From: an uncultured Candidatus Saccharibacteria bacterium
GTDB taxonomy: Bacteria > Patescibacteriota > Saccharimonadia > Saccharimonadales > JAGQNJ01
Direction: 5' to 3'
DNA length: 64,000 bases
Assembly: GCA_964583075.1 (NCBI GenBank)
Contig: CAZOUW010000002.1
Coordinates: 5,915 to 69,914 of the forward strand
Below are positions 1 to 10,724 of this stretch, piece by piece (position 1 is the first letter of the stretch; the number at the start of each line of letters is the position of its first letter). The position numbers and the translations under genes were made by a program. A model generated the notes under the pieces. The model saw only the letters and a list, made by a program, of their open reading frames with translations, was not told the DNA's origin and made no database searches.

Positions 1-159
1 GATGAGCTTTTCTATATAAGGGACCACTTCTTTTGCTTTTGGTAAGGTTGTCTCAATTGACTCGTTCTTTATGAGTGACTCAGCAAGGCTTTTGATGAGC
101 GCGTCACGCTGATCAGTCTCTCGCCCAAATTTACGACCTTTGTATCCATGGCGGTGCAT
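1..159 (-). CDS. rplQ: 50S ribosomal protein L17 (5' part; runs off window)
   Basis: Manual translation [29 protein letters not shown]...TTLPKAKE; follows rpoA. Confidence 0.95.
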   Translation of the reverse strand, partial: MHRHGYKGRKFGRETDQRDALIKSLAESLIKNESIETTLPKAKEVVPYIEKLI

Positions 160-160
160 C

Positions 161-1096
161 TTAAATCTCCAACTCCGCCATTTTATCTTTTACTTCATCT
201 AAAGCTTTTGCACCAAAGCCTTTCAGGTCACGGAGTTCCGTGTCGCCAAGACTTAATAGGTCTTTTAAAGTATGGATATCGTTGTTAATTAGTGCGTTGG
301 TTGTGCGTGCAGAAAGGTTTAAATCTTCAATCGGAGTCATGAGTTCAGCACTATCTTCGATAACTTCTTCTTTTACTTGTTCGCTGCCAAGACTAGCAGT
401 AGCTTCGACACGTGTTTGTCCGGCAAGTGCGGTATACTGGTTAACTAGAATTGCTGCTGCTTCTTCAAATGCATCTTTTGGCGTAATTGTGCCGTCCGTA
501 TCAATGACGATGATGAGCTTGTCAAGATCAGTCATTTGGCCAACACGAGTGTTCTCTACTTTATATCGTACTCTGTAAACTGGGCTGAAAATTGCGTCAA
601 CAGAAATCATGTCACTTGACTTACGATGAGCTGTCTCATCAACTGGACGATATCCTCGGCCAGTCTCAACTGTTAACTCAATATTCAACGTGGCCTTTGG
701 ATCATCAATGTTGGCGATGACGTGATCTTTGTTAACGACTTCTACATCAGAGTTTATAGTAATATCGCTTGCAGTAACGGGACCCTTACCTTTTTTAGCA
801 ATGGTGAGAGTTTGAGGGTCGCTCGAAAATACCTTAAAGCGTACACCCTTTAGTGCCAACATAATATCGACAATATCTTCTTTAACCCCAGGTATGGTTG
901 TAAACTCATGAGTTGCGCCATCGACTCTGAAGGCCGTGACAGCAGCACCCGCAATACTCGACAACAAAACTCGACGAAGGCTGTTACCAAGCGTCATTCC
1001 GTAGCCAGTGTGCAGTGGTTCGATCGCAAACGTTGCACTCGTTGTCGAGTGATCTTGTACGCTTACGACGCCTGGTGTGTAAATATTTTTTGACAT
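161..1096 (-). CDS. rpoA: RNA polymerase alpha subunit
   Basis: [22 protein letters not shown] motif, C-terminal alpha-CTD; alpha operon position. Confidence 0.98.
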   Translation of the reverse strand: MSKNIYTPGVVSVQDHSTTSATFAIEPLHTGYGMTLGNSLRRVLLSSIAGAAVTAFRVDGATHEFTTIPGVKEDIVDIMLALKGVRFKVFSSDPQTLTIAKKGKGPVTASDITINSDVEVVNKDHVIANIDDPKATLNIELTVETGRGYRPVDETAHRKSSDMISVDAIFSPVYRVRYKVENTRVGQMTDLDKLIIVIDTDGTITPKDAFEEAAAILVNQYTALAGQTRVEATASLGSEQVKEEVIEDSAELMTPIEDLNLSARTTNALINNDIHTLKDLLSLGDTELRDLKGFGAKALDEVKDKMAELEI

Positions 1097-1112
1097 GTTA
1101 TTTATCGCCTCC

Positions 1113-1730
1113 TTAGCGTGAGTAATACTCTACGATTAATTGCTCATTAATGTCTGGTTCTGCTTCATCACGAGTTGGCAAACCAGTAACTTTAATTTCA
1201 AATTTCTTACGATTAACACTAAGCCATGATGTCTCATTTTCCTGACCACCAGGGCTTACATCATCAATTCTCTTAAAATATTCGTTGCTTTTACTCGCAA
1301 CTCTTAGCACTATTTCGTCGCCTGGCTTTATACGAATTGACGGAATATCAACTCGACGACCATTTAACATAAAGTGACCATGAGTAACAAGCTGTCGTGA
1401 TGCACGGCGACTAACTGCAAGACCGCTACGGTAAATAACGTTATCAAGTCTTTGCTCAAGGAAAATTAACAACTGTTCACCAGACTGTCCTTTTGTACGA
1501 CTGGCTTCTTCCATTAATTTTCGAAATTGGCGCTCCAGTAGTCCATATAAGCGCTTTACTTTTTGCTTCTCACGTAGCTGTATTGAATACTGACTCGGCT
1601 TATTACGGCTATTACGTCCACCGGGATTTGCGGGTGTGGCTCGCTTAACAAGTGCCTTGTGAGCTTTAGGATGAAGTGCATAGCCTTCACGTCGGCTCAT
1701 CTTAACTATTGGTTGTAAATCTCTTGCCAT
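1113..1730 (-). CDS. rpsD: 30S ribosomal protein S4
   Basis: QLREKQK, LEQRLDN, RQLVTHGH, IVEYYSR motifs. Confidence 0.98.
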   Translation of the reverse strand: MARDLQPIVKMSRREGYALHPKAHKALVKRATPANPGGRNSRNKPSQYSIQLREKQKVKRLYGLLERQFRKLMEEASRTKGQSGEQLLIFLEQRLDNVIYRSGLAVSRRASRQLVTHGHFMLNGRRVDIPSIRIKPGDEIVLRVASKSNEYFKRIDDVSPGGQENETSWLSVNRKKFEIKVTGLPTRDEAEPDINEQLIVEYYSR

Positions 1731-1738
1731 AACTACTC

Positions 1739-2134
1739 CTAGACCCTTCGTGCTTTCTTTGGCCTTACGCCACCGTGGGGTGCACCTGTTACATCGATAA
1801 TCTTCTCGACGCGAATATCCATCCCGCCCAAAACACGAACAGCAGCCTCTCGGCCAAGACCGATGCCTTTTATGTATACATCAACCTTACTAACGCCATG
1901 CATTTGCTTCGCGGCTTGAGCCGCCTTCTCCGCTGCAACCTGAGCCGCGTACGCAGTACCTTTCTTAGAGCCACGAAAACCGCAACCGCCAGCACTTGCA
2001 TAGGTTAAAGCATTCCCCTTGCTATCTGTAAAGGTGATAATTGTGTTATTAAATGTTGCCAAGACGTGAACCTGACCATATGGCACAGACCGTTTGGACT
2101 TCTTTTTCTTAGCTACCGTTGTTGCTTCTGTCAC
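1739..2134 (-). CDS. rpsK: 30S ribosomal protein S11
   Basis: ATFNNTIIT, GFRGSKKGTAYAA motifs. Confidence 0.97.
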   Translation of the reverse strand: MTEATTVAKKKKSKRSVPYGQVHVLATFNNTIITFTDSKGNALTYASAGGCGFRGSKKGTAYAAQVAAEKAAQAAKQMHGVSKVDVYIKGIGLGREAAVRVLGGMDIRVEKIIDVTGAPHGGVRPKKARRV

Positions 2135-2148
2135 TTTATCATGTCTCC

Positions 2149-2535
2149 TTAGGTCTTAGCTGGTGCTTTCTTCTTGGTGCCACCAACTGTTGTTTTCTTA
2201 CCGCGCCTTGTACGAGCGTTAGTTCTAGTTCGTTGACCGTGTGCAGGAAGATTAGCTTTATGACGGAGACCTCTATAAGCGTTAATATCTTTGAGACGTT
2301 TAATGTTTGCGGCTACGATTCTTTGCAGCTCACCTTCAACCGTGTATTCATTATTAATAACTTCTTGAATTTGCGAAATCTCGATATCGGTAAGATTCTT
2401 TACACGTGTTGTGGGGTCAATTTTTGCAACTTTCAAGATATCTTGACTCGTTTTTAGCCCAATACCATATACGTAAGTTAAGGCAGTTTCAATCTGTTTA
2501 TCATTGGGTATTGTTACGCCTGAGATTCTTGCCAT
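2149..2535 (-). CDS. rpsM: 30S ribosomal protein S13
   Basis: MARISGV, YRGLRH, GQRTRTNARTR. Confidence 0.98.
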   Translation of the reverse strand: MARISGVTIPNDKQIETALTYVYGIGLKTSQDILKVAKIDPTTRVKNLTDIEISQIQEVINNEYTVEGELQRIVAANIKRLKDINAYRGLRHKANLPAHGQRTRTNARTRRGKKTTVGGTKKKAPAKT

Positions 2536-2537
2536 TA

Positions 2538-2654
2538 TTAACCTTGCCTCTGCTTGTGTTTGGGCTTCATTTTATTGATAACGTATAGTCTACCTTTACG
2601 ACGAACAATTTTGTCATCTGAAGTAATTTTTTTGACGCTAGCACGCACTTTCAT
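2538..2654 (-). CDS. rpmJ: 50S ribosomal protein L36, cysteine-free form (38 aa; not in ORF track)
   Basis: Manual translation [38 protein letters not shown]; between infA and rpsM. Confidence 0.95.
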   Translation of the reverse strand: MKVRASVKKITSDDKIVRRKGRLYVINKMKPKHKQRQG

Positions 2655-2727
2655 CCTATTAGTAATCTCCTTTACTTGGACGTTTCATGATGCGGATCCA
2701 CCAACGGCGGACACACTGCTTTAATTA

Positions 2728-2949
2728 TTATGTCTTGCGATACGTGATTCTGCCCTTAGTAAGATCATAAGGGGTCAACTCGACCGTAACGCTGTCTCCT
2801 GGGACAATGCGGATGAAATGCTTCCTCATTTTACCGGCGACATGAGCTATAATTTGGTGGCCATTTTCGAGCTCGACTTTAAATTGCGTACCTGGTAAGG
2901 TCTCAACAATTGTCCCATTTAACTCGATCACTTCCTTGTTATTAGCCAT
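2728..2949 (-). CDS. infA: Translation initiation factor IF-1
   Basis: [12 protein letters not shown]...[18 protein letters not shown]...[13 protein letters not shown]; start moved to ATG at 2949. Confidence 0.96.
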   Translation of the reverse strand: MANNKEVIELNGTIVETLPGTQFKVELENGHQIIAHVAGKMRKHFIRIVPGDSVTVELTPYDLTKGRITYRKT

Positions 2950-3001
2950 AAATATATAACAAGAAGAAATTGTATCAGAGATGGCCTCTGTTGTAAAGAG
3001 T

Positions 3002-4516
3002 TTATTTTTTGGTTTTTTGTGAACGTTTTGGAATACTTGGTCTTGGTATAAAGCGCAGTCTCCTACCGCCTGTTCCAGCTTCTGCTGGAGTAGTTGCTTC
3101 ATATAAAAAGTCAGGTTGCTCATACTGATCATAAGTAAGCATTAATGCCTGTGACTCCAGTTTGCGTAGCGTTTCTAAAGCCACAGCAACCAGGATTAAG
3201 ATACTGGTTCCTCCAATGGTAATGTTTACTTCTAGGAATGCTTGTCCTACGATTGGCATTACAGCTAAGACACCGAGTGCCAGCGCACCAAATAATGTCA
3301 GGCGGTTCACCACTTTACTCAGGTATTTTTCTGTTTGCTTACCTGAACGTACGCCCTCTAAAAACCCACCTTGCTGCTGTAGGTTTTCGGCTATCTCGGT
3401 CGCATTGAATGCTATACTTGTATAAAAGAAGGTGAATATAAACACAAGTAGAAAATAAACAATCGGATAAATGTATGGCTGTATGCCTCCTGCTGCAAAT
3501 GTCTGTGATGTTGGCGTTTGGAACCATTGTACTAAGTTTGCTCCAATTTCCTGGAGTCTTGCACTTTCAGATCCAGAAAAGATTTGACCCAAGAAACTAG
3601 GTACACTCAAAAATGCAACTGCAAAGATTATTGGCACCACGCCAGCTGTGATTAATTTGATCGGCAGGACAGTTGTCACTCCACCGTAAAGTCGATTACC
3701 TTGAACTCGCTTCGCATAGTTAACGGTCAAATTCCTCGAGGCTTCATTGAGTTTCACTACAAGAATTGTCGTAACCGTAATGATCGTTAAAATCAGTAGT
3801 GTATACCAAAATGCCTTTTCATCTATTGGTAACTGCTTGCCAAAAATGTTCCACTTTTGATCTTCTTGAATGATGCTATTGAGCAAGTTGGCTGCGGTCG
3901 TTGGTAGCTGACTCACAATACCAACGGTAATAATCAGCGAAATACCATTGCCAATATTTTGTTCTGTTATTAGCTCGCCCAGCCACATCAGGAGCATTGA
4001 TCCACCAGTAAGAGCGGCAACCATAAGCACCCATTGGCCAAAGCTTGCATTAGCTGTTATGTCGCCCAGGCCGCCAATACTAGCCGCAGTCTGTTTAACT
4101 AGATAGATTGAGCCGACAGATTGAATGATTGCAAGTGGCAACGCCAGGAGTCTTGTATACTGGTTAATTTTTTTACGACCAAATTCACCCTCTTTGTTGA
4201 GCGTCTCTAACTGTGGAATCGCACGAGTCAGAAGCTGCATAATAATCGAAGCATTAATATACGGTCCGAGTCCTACTAGCATAATTGAAAAGTTTGCTAG
4301 AGCTCCTCCGGATAGAACATCAACAAAACTGAGTAGTTGTGACGTCTGCGCAGAATTAAATAAAGTCTCGAGAATTTGTTTGAGAGTTTCACCGTTAGCA
4401 ATTGGAATTGGTATGTGCGCAAGTATGCGAAATACCAAGATCATCCCTAAGACTGCGAGGATCTTTTTTCGCATGTCAGCATTAGTTAAAGATTTCCCGA
4501 TAACTTTCCAGTTCAT
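3002..4516 (-). CDS. secY: Preprotein translocase SecY
   Basis: [31 protein letters not shown] motifs; multiple hydrophobic segments. Confidence 0.97.
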   Translation of the reverse strand: MNWKVIGKSLTNADMRKKILAVLGMILVFRILAHIPIPIANGETLKQILETLFNSAQTSQLLSFVDVLSGGALANFSIMLVGLGPYINASIIMQLLTRAIPQLETLNKEGEFGRKKINQYTRLLALPLAIIQSVGSIYLVKQTAASIGGLGDITANASFGQWVLMVAALTGGSMLLMWLGELITEQNIGNGISLIITVGIVSQLPTTAANLLNSIIQEDQKWNIFGKQLPIDEKAFWYTLLILTIITVTTILVVKLNEASRNLTVNYAKRVQGNRLYGGVTTVLPIKLITAGVVPIIFAVAFLSVPSFLGQIFSGSESARLQEIGANLVQWFQTPTSQTFAAGGIQPYIYPIVYFLLVFIFTFFYTSIAFNATEIAENLQQQGGFLEGVRSGKQTEKYLSKVVNRLTLFGALALGVLAVMPIVGQAFLEVNITIGGTSILILVAVALETLRKLESQALMLTYDQYEQPDFLYEATTPAEAGTGGRRLRFIPRPSIPKRSQKTKK

Positions 4517-4615
4517 CTTCTCAGAAGTCTCCGATTTACGCTACGCATTATAAACATATCTTTATACCTATTTTCCCCACACAGTTCTTAACCTGTCTTT
4601 ATCCCTCATAGTCAC

Positions 4616-4648
4616 TTCATTGTAGCCTACAAATAGGCTACAAATGAA
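4616..4648. terminator. Long hairpin between rplO and secY (candidate terminator or processing stem)
   Basis: TTCATTGTAGCCTA-CAAA-TAGGCTACAAATGAA; secY has its own TATAAT at 4547-4552 (minus). Confidence 0.6.
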
Positions 4649-4650
4649 AC

Positions 4651-5118
4651 TTATTTTGTTGTTTTTTCTTTAGCAGTCCGTTTTGGACGTTCCACGATCG
4701 CTACATTACCACCGGCTTTTTCAACAGAAGCGATTGCTTTTTTGCTTGCAGCCTGAACTTTAACCGATGTCTTTTTACCAACCTCACCATCTGCTATTAA
4801 TTTTACTCTGACATATGGATTAGAAATCAACCCTTTATCTGCCAAGGCAAAGTTATCTACATTAGTACCTATCTTAGCGAGTTGGCTTGTATATACATTT
4901 TCTGCCTTAGGACGAATCGAACGAAAACCCGGCAATTTTGGCAGCCGTTGAGCAAGCGGATTTTGGCCGCCTTCAAAGCCTGGCCTTACACCGCCACCCG
5001 TACGCGCATTCTGGCCTTTAGTGCCACGTCCAGCAGTTTTGCCTCTGCCGGCAGATATACCGCGTCCAACCCGGGTAGATTTTTTTTGTTTGTTCGTGGT
5101 TAGCTCATGAAACTTCAT
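4651..5118 (-). CDS. rplO: 50S ribosomal protein L15
   Basis: RVGRGISAGRGKTAGRGTKGQNAR, FEGGQNP. Confidence 0.97.
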   Translation of the reverse strand: MKFHELTTNKQKKSTRVGRGISAGRGKTAGRGTKGQNARTGGGVRPGFEGGQNPLAQRLPKLPGFRSIRPKAENVYTSQLAKIGTNVDNFALADKGLISNPYVRVKLIADGEVGKKTSVKVQAASKKAIASVEKAGGNVAIVERPKRTAKEKTTK

Positions 5119-5654
5119 TATTTCTTCTCCGCTGATTTAACCGGCTTCTTTGCAAGATTTTTCTTGGTAGTTATCCATTTACTCGCTGGTTCAACACTTG
5201 CTAACGCGTCAATGGTTGCGTACGCAATATTAATTTTGTTAGCTGATCCCAGTGACTTTGATAGAGCATTGTGTACACCGGCAACTTCTAGTACTGTGCG
5301 CACAACACCGCCTGCAATTAGCCCAGTACCAGCACTAGCTGGCTTTAGTAGGATACGTGCACCTGAAACTTTTGCTTCTGTTTCGTGAGGTATTGTACCC
5401 TTATACAGTGCTACATTTACCATGTTTTTCTTGGCAACATCAGTTGCCTTTGTGATTGCGCTCGTCACATCAAGTCCCTTCGACACGCCAGCACCGACAC
5501 GCCCTTTATGATCCCCAACAACCACGAGAGCTCGAAATCGGAACCTTCGGCCGCCTTTTACTACACGTGCAACGCGATCAATATGGACCATACGCTCGTC
5601 AAGTTGATTCTCGTCTTGACGTAGTTCTTTTGCTAATTGTCTGTTCTCAGCCAT
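5118..5654 (-). CDS. rpsE: 30S ribosomal protein S5
   Basis: RVARVVKGGRRFRFRALVVVGD. Confidence 0.98.
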   Translation of the reverse strand: MAENRQLAKELRQDENQLDERMVHIDRVARVVKGGRRFRFRALVVVGDHKGRVGAGVSKGLDVTSAITKATDVAKKNMVNVALYKGTIPHETEAKVSGARILLKPASAGTGLIAGGVVRTVLEVAGVHNALSKSLGSANKINIAYATIDALASVEPASKWITTKKNLAKKPVKSAEKK

Positions 5655-5655
5655 A

Positions 5656-6012
5656 TTAAAACTCCAATCCGCCTTCTCGGGCTTTATCCGCCAAGGCCTT
5701 CACGCGTCCGTGGTACAGGCGTCCATTACGGTCAAAAATAACCTTTTTTATCTTCTTTTCCTTCGCTAATTTAGCAATCTCAGTACCGACCCACTCGGCA
5801 CGCTCTGTCATAGTACCTTTTGCTGACTTGTTACCTATAGTTGTAGTCGCTACGATTGTTGCATGTTTACTATCGTCAATTATTTGTGCGCTTATATGAA
5901 TGTTACTCACAAATACACATAGCCTTGGACGTTCCGTGGTGCCACGAGTAACCTTGCGAATACGTGCCTTACGGCGAGCCAGATTTTGAGTTTTTTGATG
6001 CAAACGGTTCAT
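5656..6012 (-). CDS. rplR: 50S ribosomal protein L18
   Basis: RPRL, FDRNGRLYHGRVKALAD..REGGLEF. Confidence 0.97.
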   Translation of the reverse strand: MNRLHQKTQNLARRKARIRKVTRGTTERPRLCVFVSNIHISAQIIDDSKHATIVATTTIGNKSAKGTMTERAEWVGTEIAKLAKEKKIKKVIFDRNGRLYHGRVKALADKAREGGLEF

Positions 6013-6552
6013 CTACTTATCCTTTCCTGACTTACCTGATTTTCTGATGATATGTTCACCCTCGTAGCGAATACCCTTGCCCTTATATGGTTCGGGTTTC
6101 TTAAGCGCTCTGATCTCTGCTGCTACCTGACCAACTTGCTGCTTCGTAATTCCAGAAACAGTTATGGTGTTTTGCTCAACGGAGGCAGTAATACCTTCTG
6201 GGAGCGTGTACTCAACTTGGTGCGAGAAGCCTAAATTCAACTTTAGCTGATTACCGGCAAGGGCAACACGAAAGCCAACGCCATGAATCTCAAGCTTCTT
6301 GCTAAAGCCTTCTGTTACACCCGTAACCATATTATTAATGAGTGCTCGCATTAAGCCATGCTTTGCACGATGTTCCGGCTGGTCATCAACGCGGATTACA
6401 ATAACTTGATCATCTTCTTGTTTAACTGTAATACCTGTCATTGTAAACTGTTTAAGTTCACCCTTAGGGCCTTTTACAGTAACAAAATCGTTGTCGACAG
6501 TGATTGTCACACCAGCTGGAATCTTGATTGGTAGTTTTCCTACTCGACTCAT
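6013..6552 (-). CDS. rplF: 50S ribosomal protein L6
   Basis: MSRVGKLPI, PEPYKGKGIRY. Confidence 0.98.
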   Translation of the reverse strand: MSRVGKLPIKIPAGVTITVDNDFVTVKGPKGELKQFTMTGITVKQEDDQVIVIRVDDQPEHRAKHGLMRALINNMVTGVTEGFSKKLEIHGVGFRVALAGNQLKLNLGFSHQVEYTLPEGITASVEQNTITVSGITKQQVGQVAAEIRALKKPEPYKGKGIRYEGEHIIRKSGKSGKDK

Positions 6553-6566
6553 CTTATTACCTCGTT

Positions 6567-6965
6567 TTAATAAACCTTACAAATTAACTCTCCGCCCAGA
6601 CGTGACTTACGGGCATCGCTGCCAGTCATTAGCCCTTGCGAAGTTGAAACAATAACAATACCACGACCACGCTTTACGGTTGGGATACCTTGTACATTAA
6701 CGTACTGACGTCGGCCAGGTGTGCTCATACGTTCAATTGCCGTAATATTTGCGTTGTGGTCTTCAGAATTGATGCGTATTACAAGATGTTTGTTTACACC
6801 TTCACCATCTACGCTAACACTTTGAATAAAGTCATTATCGGCAAGTAGTTGAGCAATTGATTCTTTAATGCGTGAATACGGTACATTGACCTCGTTTTTA
6901 CGAACCATAATCGCATTGCGGATTCTGGTAAGCATATCTGAAATTGGATCTGTAGATGTCATCAT
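6567..6965 (-). CDS. rpsH: 30S ribosomal protein S8
   Basis: DPISDMLTRIRNA, STSQGLMT, GGELICKVY. Confidence 0.98.
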   Translation of the reverse strand: MMTSTDPISDMLTRIRNAIMVRKNEVNVPYSRIKESIAQLLADNDFIQSVSVDGEGVNKHLVIRINSEDHNANITAIERMSTPGRRQYVNVQGIPTVKRGRGIVIVSTSQGLMTGSDARKSRLGGELICKVY

Positions 6966-6972
6966 TCTCTCC

Positions 6973-7242
6973 TTACCAGCTTGCCTTTGTTACGCCTGGA
7001 ATCTCACCTTTGGAAGCATGTTCACGGAATGAAATGCGACTTAGGCCAAATGTTCGCATATAGCCGCGAGGTCGACCGGTCTCTTCGCAGCGGTTCTTCC
7101 AACGCGTTGGCGATGAATTGCGAGGCAACTTATGTAAAGCCTCAAAATCACCAGCAGCCTTTAACTCAGCCCGCTTGTCAGCATATTTTGTTATCATGTT
7201 ACGACGCTTCTTATCACGAGCAACAATAGATTTTTTAGCCAT
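6973..7242 (-). CDS. rpsN: 30S ribosomal protein S14, 89-aa zinc-independent type
   Basis: [20 protein letters not shown]...GLSRISFRE...IPGVTKASW; only one Cys. Confidence 0.97.
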   Translation of the reverse strand: MAKKSIVARDKKRRNMITKYADKRAELKAAGDFEALHKLPRNSSPTRWKNRCEETGRPRGYMRTFGLSRISFREHASKGEIPGVTKASW

Positions 7243-7817
7243 TACTTAGCCTCCTTATTCTTCTCAAACGGCATACCAAACTTGGTTAGTAGCGCCTTTG
7301 CATCTTCTGGTTTTTCAGCCCGTATTGCACAGACGACTTGCAAACCATGAGTAATTGGTGAATCTTCAAAGGTGATCTCTGGGAACACGGTCTGATCATT
7401 CAAGCCAATACTATAGTTGCCTTGCTTGTCAAAAGCCTTTGCACCTACACCGTGGAAGTCACGAAGTCTTGGCAGCACAATATTGATCAGTCGATCAAGG
7501 AACTCGTACATTTGATCACCACGAAGTGTCACTTTAAGACCAATTTTATTACCTTCACGCAGTTTAAAGCTAGCAATTGAAAGTTTAGCGGTTGTTTGGA
7601 TTGGTTCTTGGCCAGTTATTTTGCGAAGTGTAGTTGTCGCAACTTCCATGAGCCGTTTATCATCTTTTGCACGCCCCAAACCAACGTTAATTACTATTTT
7701 TTCAAGTTTTGGTACTTGGTTGACGTTTTTTAGTTCTAACTCTTTTACAAGTTCACTAACAAATTGATCATTGTATTGGCTCTTCAAACGAGCTGATATT
7801 GCAATTGTTTTAGCCAT
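7242..7817 (-). CDS. rplE: 50S ribosomal protein L5
   Basis: [21 protein letters not shown]. Confidence 0.98.
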   Translation of the reverse strand: MAKTIAISARLKSQYNDQFVSELVKELELKNVNQVPKLEKIVINVGLGRAKDDKRLMEVATTTLRKITGQEPIQTTAKLSIASFKLREGNKIGLKVTLRGDQMYEFLDRLINIVLPRLRDFHGVGAKAFDKQGNYSIGLNDQTVFPEITFEDSPITHGLQVVCAIRAEKPEDAKALLTKFGMPFEKNKEAK

Positions 7818-8146
7818 TACTTGATCTCCTTTCCTGATTTCTTGTATATACGAATTTTCTTGCCGTCTTTATCGAGCTTGTAGCCAATTTTACTTGGCTT
7901 TTTGCTGGTAGCCTCTACAATGGCGACCTTGCTTACGTCAATTGGCTTGGTAACATCAATAATGCCACCTTGTGGGTATTGTTTGTTGGGCTTAACATGT
8001 TTCTTAACGATGTTAATACCCTCTACCGTAACCTTATTTTCGGTAGGGTGGGTAGTAACAACCTTGCCGGTCTTGCCCTTTTCTTTGCCACTAATAACAA
8101 CTACGGTATCGCCTTTTTGTAATCGGATTTTATAAATAGTATTCAT
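7817..8146 (-). CDS. rplX: 50S ribosomal protein L24
   Basis: KGDTVVVISGKEKGKTGKV KOW motif. Confidence 0.97.
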   Translation of the reverse strand: MNTIYKIRLQKGDTVVVISGKEKGKTGKVVTTHPTENKVTVEGINIVKKHVKPNKQYPQGGIIDVTKPIDVSKVAIVEATSKKPSKIGYKLDKDGKKIRIYKKSGKEIK

Positions 8147-8147
8147 A

Positions 8148-8516
8148 TTAGAGCACCTCCGGCGCTAGGCTGATAATCTTTGCATACCCCTGGTCACGTA
8201 GTTCACGCGGAACTGGGCCAAAAATACGAGTTGCCTTAGGTAGTTTGTCATCACCAATAATTACTGCTGCATTGTCGTCAAATTTAATAGTAGAACCATC
8301 CTTGCGCTTAATGACAGCCTTTGAGCGCACCACGACTGCACGTACCACAGTCTTCTTCTTTACATTGCCAGTCGGGCTGGCATCTTTAACAGTCGCAACG
8401 ATAATGTCACCTACGCTTGCGTAGCGACGACGAGTACCACCAAGGACGCGGATACACAAAATTTCTTTTGCACCGCTGTTATCACAGACTTTTAGTCGAG
8501 ACTCTTGCTGTACCAT
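8148..8516 (-). CDS. rplN: 50S ribosomal protein L14
   Basis: [24 protein letters not shown]. Confidence 0.98.
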   Translation of the reverse strand: MVQQESRLKVCDNSGAKEILCIRVLGGTRRRYASVGDIIVATVKDASPTGNVKKKTVVRAVVVRSKAVIKRKDGSTIKFDDNAAVIIGDDKLPKATRIFGPVPRELRDQGYAKIISLAPEVL

Positions 8517-8800
8517 TATGCCGTCTCCTCGGTTGCTTCTTTAATATCTTCATCACGAAGTGCTGGTCGCTCGATAATCTTCTTAAGTTCGTAACGCTTA
8601 CGTGCACTCAATGGACGTGTCTCGCTAATCAAAACTTTATCTCCTATTTTGGCTTCGTTCTTCTCATCATGTGCCATAACTTTTTGAGACGCAATGTAGC
8701 GTTTCTTGTAGATTGGGTGACTCTTATGGGTGACAATAGTCACAACAATTGACTTGTCTGGACGATCAGAAGTAACGGTACCTTGTAAGACTTTTGCCAT
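8516..8800 (-). CDS. rpsQ: 30S ribosomal protein S17
   Basis: HPIYKK, AHDE, ETRPLS. Confidence 0.97.
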   Translation of the reverse strand: MAKVLQGTVTSDRPDKSIVVTIVTHKSHPIYKKRYIASQKVMAHDEKNEAKIGDKVLISETRPLSARKRYELKKIIERPALRDEDIKEATEETA

Positions 8801-9001
8801 CTACTTGGTCTCCTTTGTTAGTTGTTCGCTTAGCACAGTAAGCATACGTGCAAGATCACGGCGTTTGCCACGGATTGCTCGTGAATTTTGTAACTCACCC
8901 ATGGCAATCTGACGACGCAGTTCTGCAATCTCTTCTCTCAGCTGTGTGCTCTGTTTAGTTAAATCAATAGTTGATAATTTACGGATTTCTAACATCTTCA
9001 T
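8801..9001 (-). CDS. rpmC: 50S ribosomal protein L29
   Basis: MKMLEIR...IRGKRRDLARMLTV; between rplP and rpsQ; start moved to 9001. Confidence 0.93.
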   Translation of the reverse strand: MKMLEIRKLSTIDLTKQSTQLREEIAELRRQIAMGELQNSRAIRGKRRDLARMLTVLSEQLTKETK

Positions 9002-9002
9002 A

Positions 9003-9416
9003 TTAATTTTCCTCCCGTACAAGGAATTTAGTCTTTACAGGTAGCTTATGTGCAGCTAGGCGCATCGCTTCGCGTGCTACCTCTTCTGATACTCCCTGCA
9101 TCTCAAACATAATGGTACCGGGACGGACTTTAGCGACAAAGAAGTCGGGGCTACCCTTACCGCTACCCATTTTAGTTCCAACTGCTTTGCGAGTCACTGG
9201 GGTGTGCGGAAATATACGGATCCAAATTTTACCACCACGCTTTATGTAACGAGTCATCGCTTGACGTGCCGCCTCAATTTGACGTGAAGTAATACGGTCC
9301 ATACCTTGCGACTGCAGGGCATACTGACCAAAGGCAATCGTATTACCGCTAGTGGCAACACCCTTCATTCGGCCAACGCGTACTCGTCTAAACTTCGTTC
9401 GTTTTGGTATCAACAT
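9003..9416 (-). CDS. rplP: 50S ribosomal protein L16
   Basis: [19 protein letters not shown]. Confidence 0.98.
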   Translation of the reverse strand: MLIPKRTKFRRVRVGRMKGVATSGNTIAFGQYALQSQGMDRITSRQIEAARQAMTRYIKRGGKIWIRIFPHTPVTRKAVGTKMGSGKGSPDFFVAKVRPGTIMFEMQGVSEEVAREAMRLAAHKLPVKTKFLVREEN

Positions 9417-9417
9417 C

Positions 9418-10047
9418 TTAATTCACCTCGCCTTTGTAGATCCAAACTTTTACGCCAATAATGCCGGCTGGAGTTTGAGCAGGAACGTATGCATAATCAA
9501 TATCAGCACGAAGTGTATGAAGTGGAACGCTGCCCTGTATCTCTTTTTCGCGTCGCGCCATCTCGGCGCCGTTCAGACGTCCAGAAACTTGAATACGAAT
9601 GCCTTTAGCACCAGCACGCATTGTTGCCGCCGCAGAAGACTTAATTGCACGTCTGAATGAAATACGTCGCTGAAGTTGGAATGCAATGTTTTCTGCAACT
9701 AGCTTTGCATATAGTTCAGGCTTCTTGACTTCTTCAATATTCACTCGCACTGGTACTTTATATATCTTCTCAATCGCAGACTTTAGCTCTTGAACACCTG
9801 CACCACCACGACCAATTACGACACCTGCTTTAGCAGTCGAAAGTGTTACTGTGACTAGATTGGGTGATCGCTCAATATCAACTTTATTAATCGCAGCTCG
9901 GCTTCCAAGCTTAACATCAATCATGCGTCTTACTTCAAGATCCTGAGTCAAGTATTTGGCGTACTCTCTCTTGCTAACAAACCACTTACTACGCCAGTCT
10001 TTATTGACCTGCAGGCGCATTGAAATTGGGTTAACTTTCTGTCCCAT
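9418..10047 (-). CDS. rpsC: 30S ribosomal protein S3
   Basis: [28 protein letters not shown]. Confidence 0.98.
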   Translation of the reverse strand: MGQKVNPISMRLQVNKDWRSKWFVSKREYAKYLTQDLEVRRMIDVKLGSRAAINKVDIERSPNLVTVTLSTAKAGVVIGRGGAGVQELKSAIEKIYKVPVRVNIEEVKKPELYAKLVAENIAFQLQRRISFRRAIKSSAAATMRAGAKGIRIQVSGRLNGAEMARREKEIQGSVPLHTLRADIDYAYVPAQTPAGIIGVKVWIYKGEVN

Positions 10048-10436
10048 TATTTAGTCTCCTCTTCGGCTTTCTTTGCCTTTGCGGTAGCCTTCTTAGCTTC
10101 ACGCTTATCACCATCAACAACAACACGAATGTGTGAAGATTTCTTCTGGAAAGGCAAGGCTCGACCGTGCGCTGCAGGTTTGTAGCGCTTGAGGCGTGGA
10201 CCAGGAGTTACGGAAATCTCTACAATCTGAAGCGTTCCTGGCTTATAGCTGTGGTTGTGCTCAGCATTAGCCTGTGCTGATTTGATAACACGTGCAACTG
10301 CGTCGGCACTACGTCGTGGCGTATTCTCTAAAATAACCAGTGCATCGCTTACACTACGACCACGTACTAGTGAGGCAACTACACCAGTTTTGCGCGGACT
10401 AATGCTTACCCCTTTGGCGATAGCTTGAACACTCAT
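10047..10436 (-). CDS. rplV: 50S ribosomal protein L22
   Basis: ISPRK, SAQANAEHN, GPRLKR..AAHGRA. Confidence 0.97.
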   Translation of the reverse strand: MSVQAIAKGVSISPRKTGVVASLVRGRSVSDALVILENTPRRSADAVARVIKSAQANAEHNHSYKPGTLQIVEISVTPGPRLKRYKPAAHGRALPFQKKSSHIRVVVDGDKREAKKATAKAKKAEEETK

Positions 10437-10711
10437 TATTTGCCACCTTTCGCAAGCTTACCACCGTGTGTACGGAATTTACGGGTTGGGGCAAACTCAC
10501 CAAGCTTGTGACCAACCATGTTTTCTGTAATGAAAACCGGCACATGTACCTTGCCATTATGAACAGCAATGGTCTTGCCAACAAATTCAGGAGCAATCGT
10601 AGAAGAACGAGCCCATGTTTTAACAATAGTTCGGTCTTCTTGCCCCAAGGCGCCCATCTTTTTGGCTAGCTTTGGATCTACAAATGGTCCTTTTTTCAGT
10701 GAACGACTCAT
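10436..10711 (-). CDS. rpsS: 30S ribosomal protein S19
   Basis: [25 protein letters not shown]. Confidence 0.98.
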   Translation of the reverse strand: MSRSLKKGPFVDPKLAKKMGALGQEDRTIVKTWARSSTIAPEFVGKTIAVHNGKVHVPVFITENMVGHKLGEFAPTRKFRTHGGKLAKGGK

Positions 10712-10724
10712 TGTCTACTACCTC

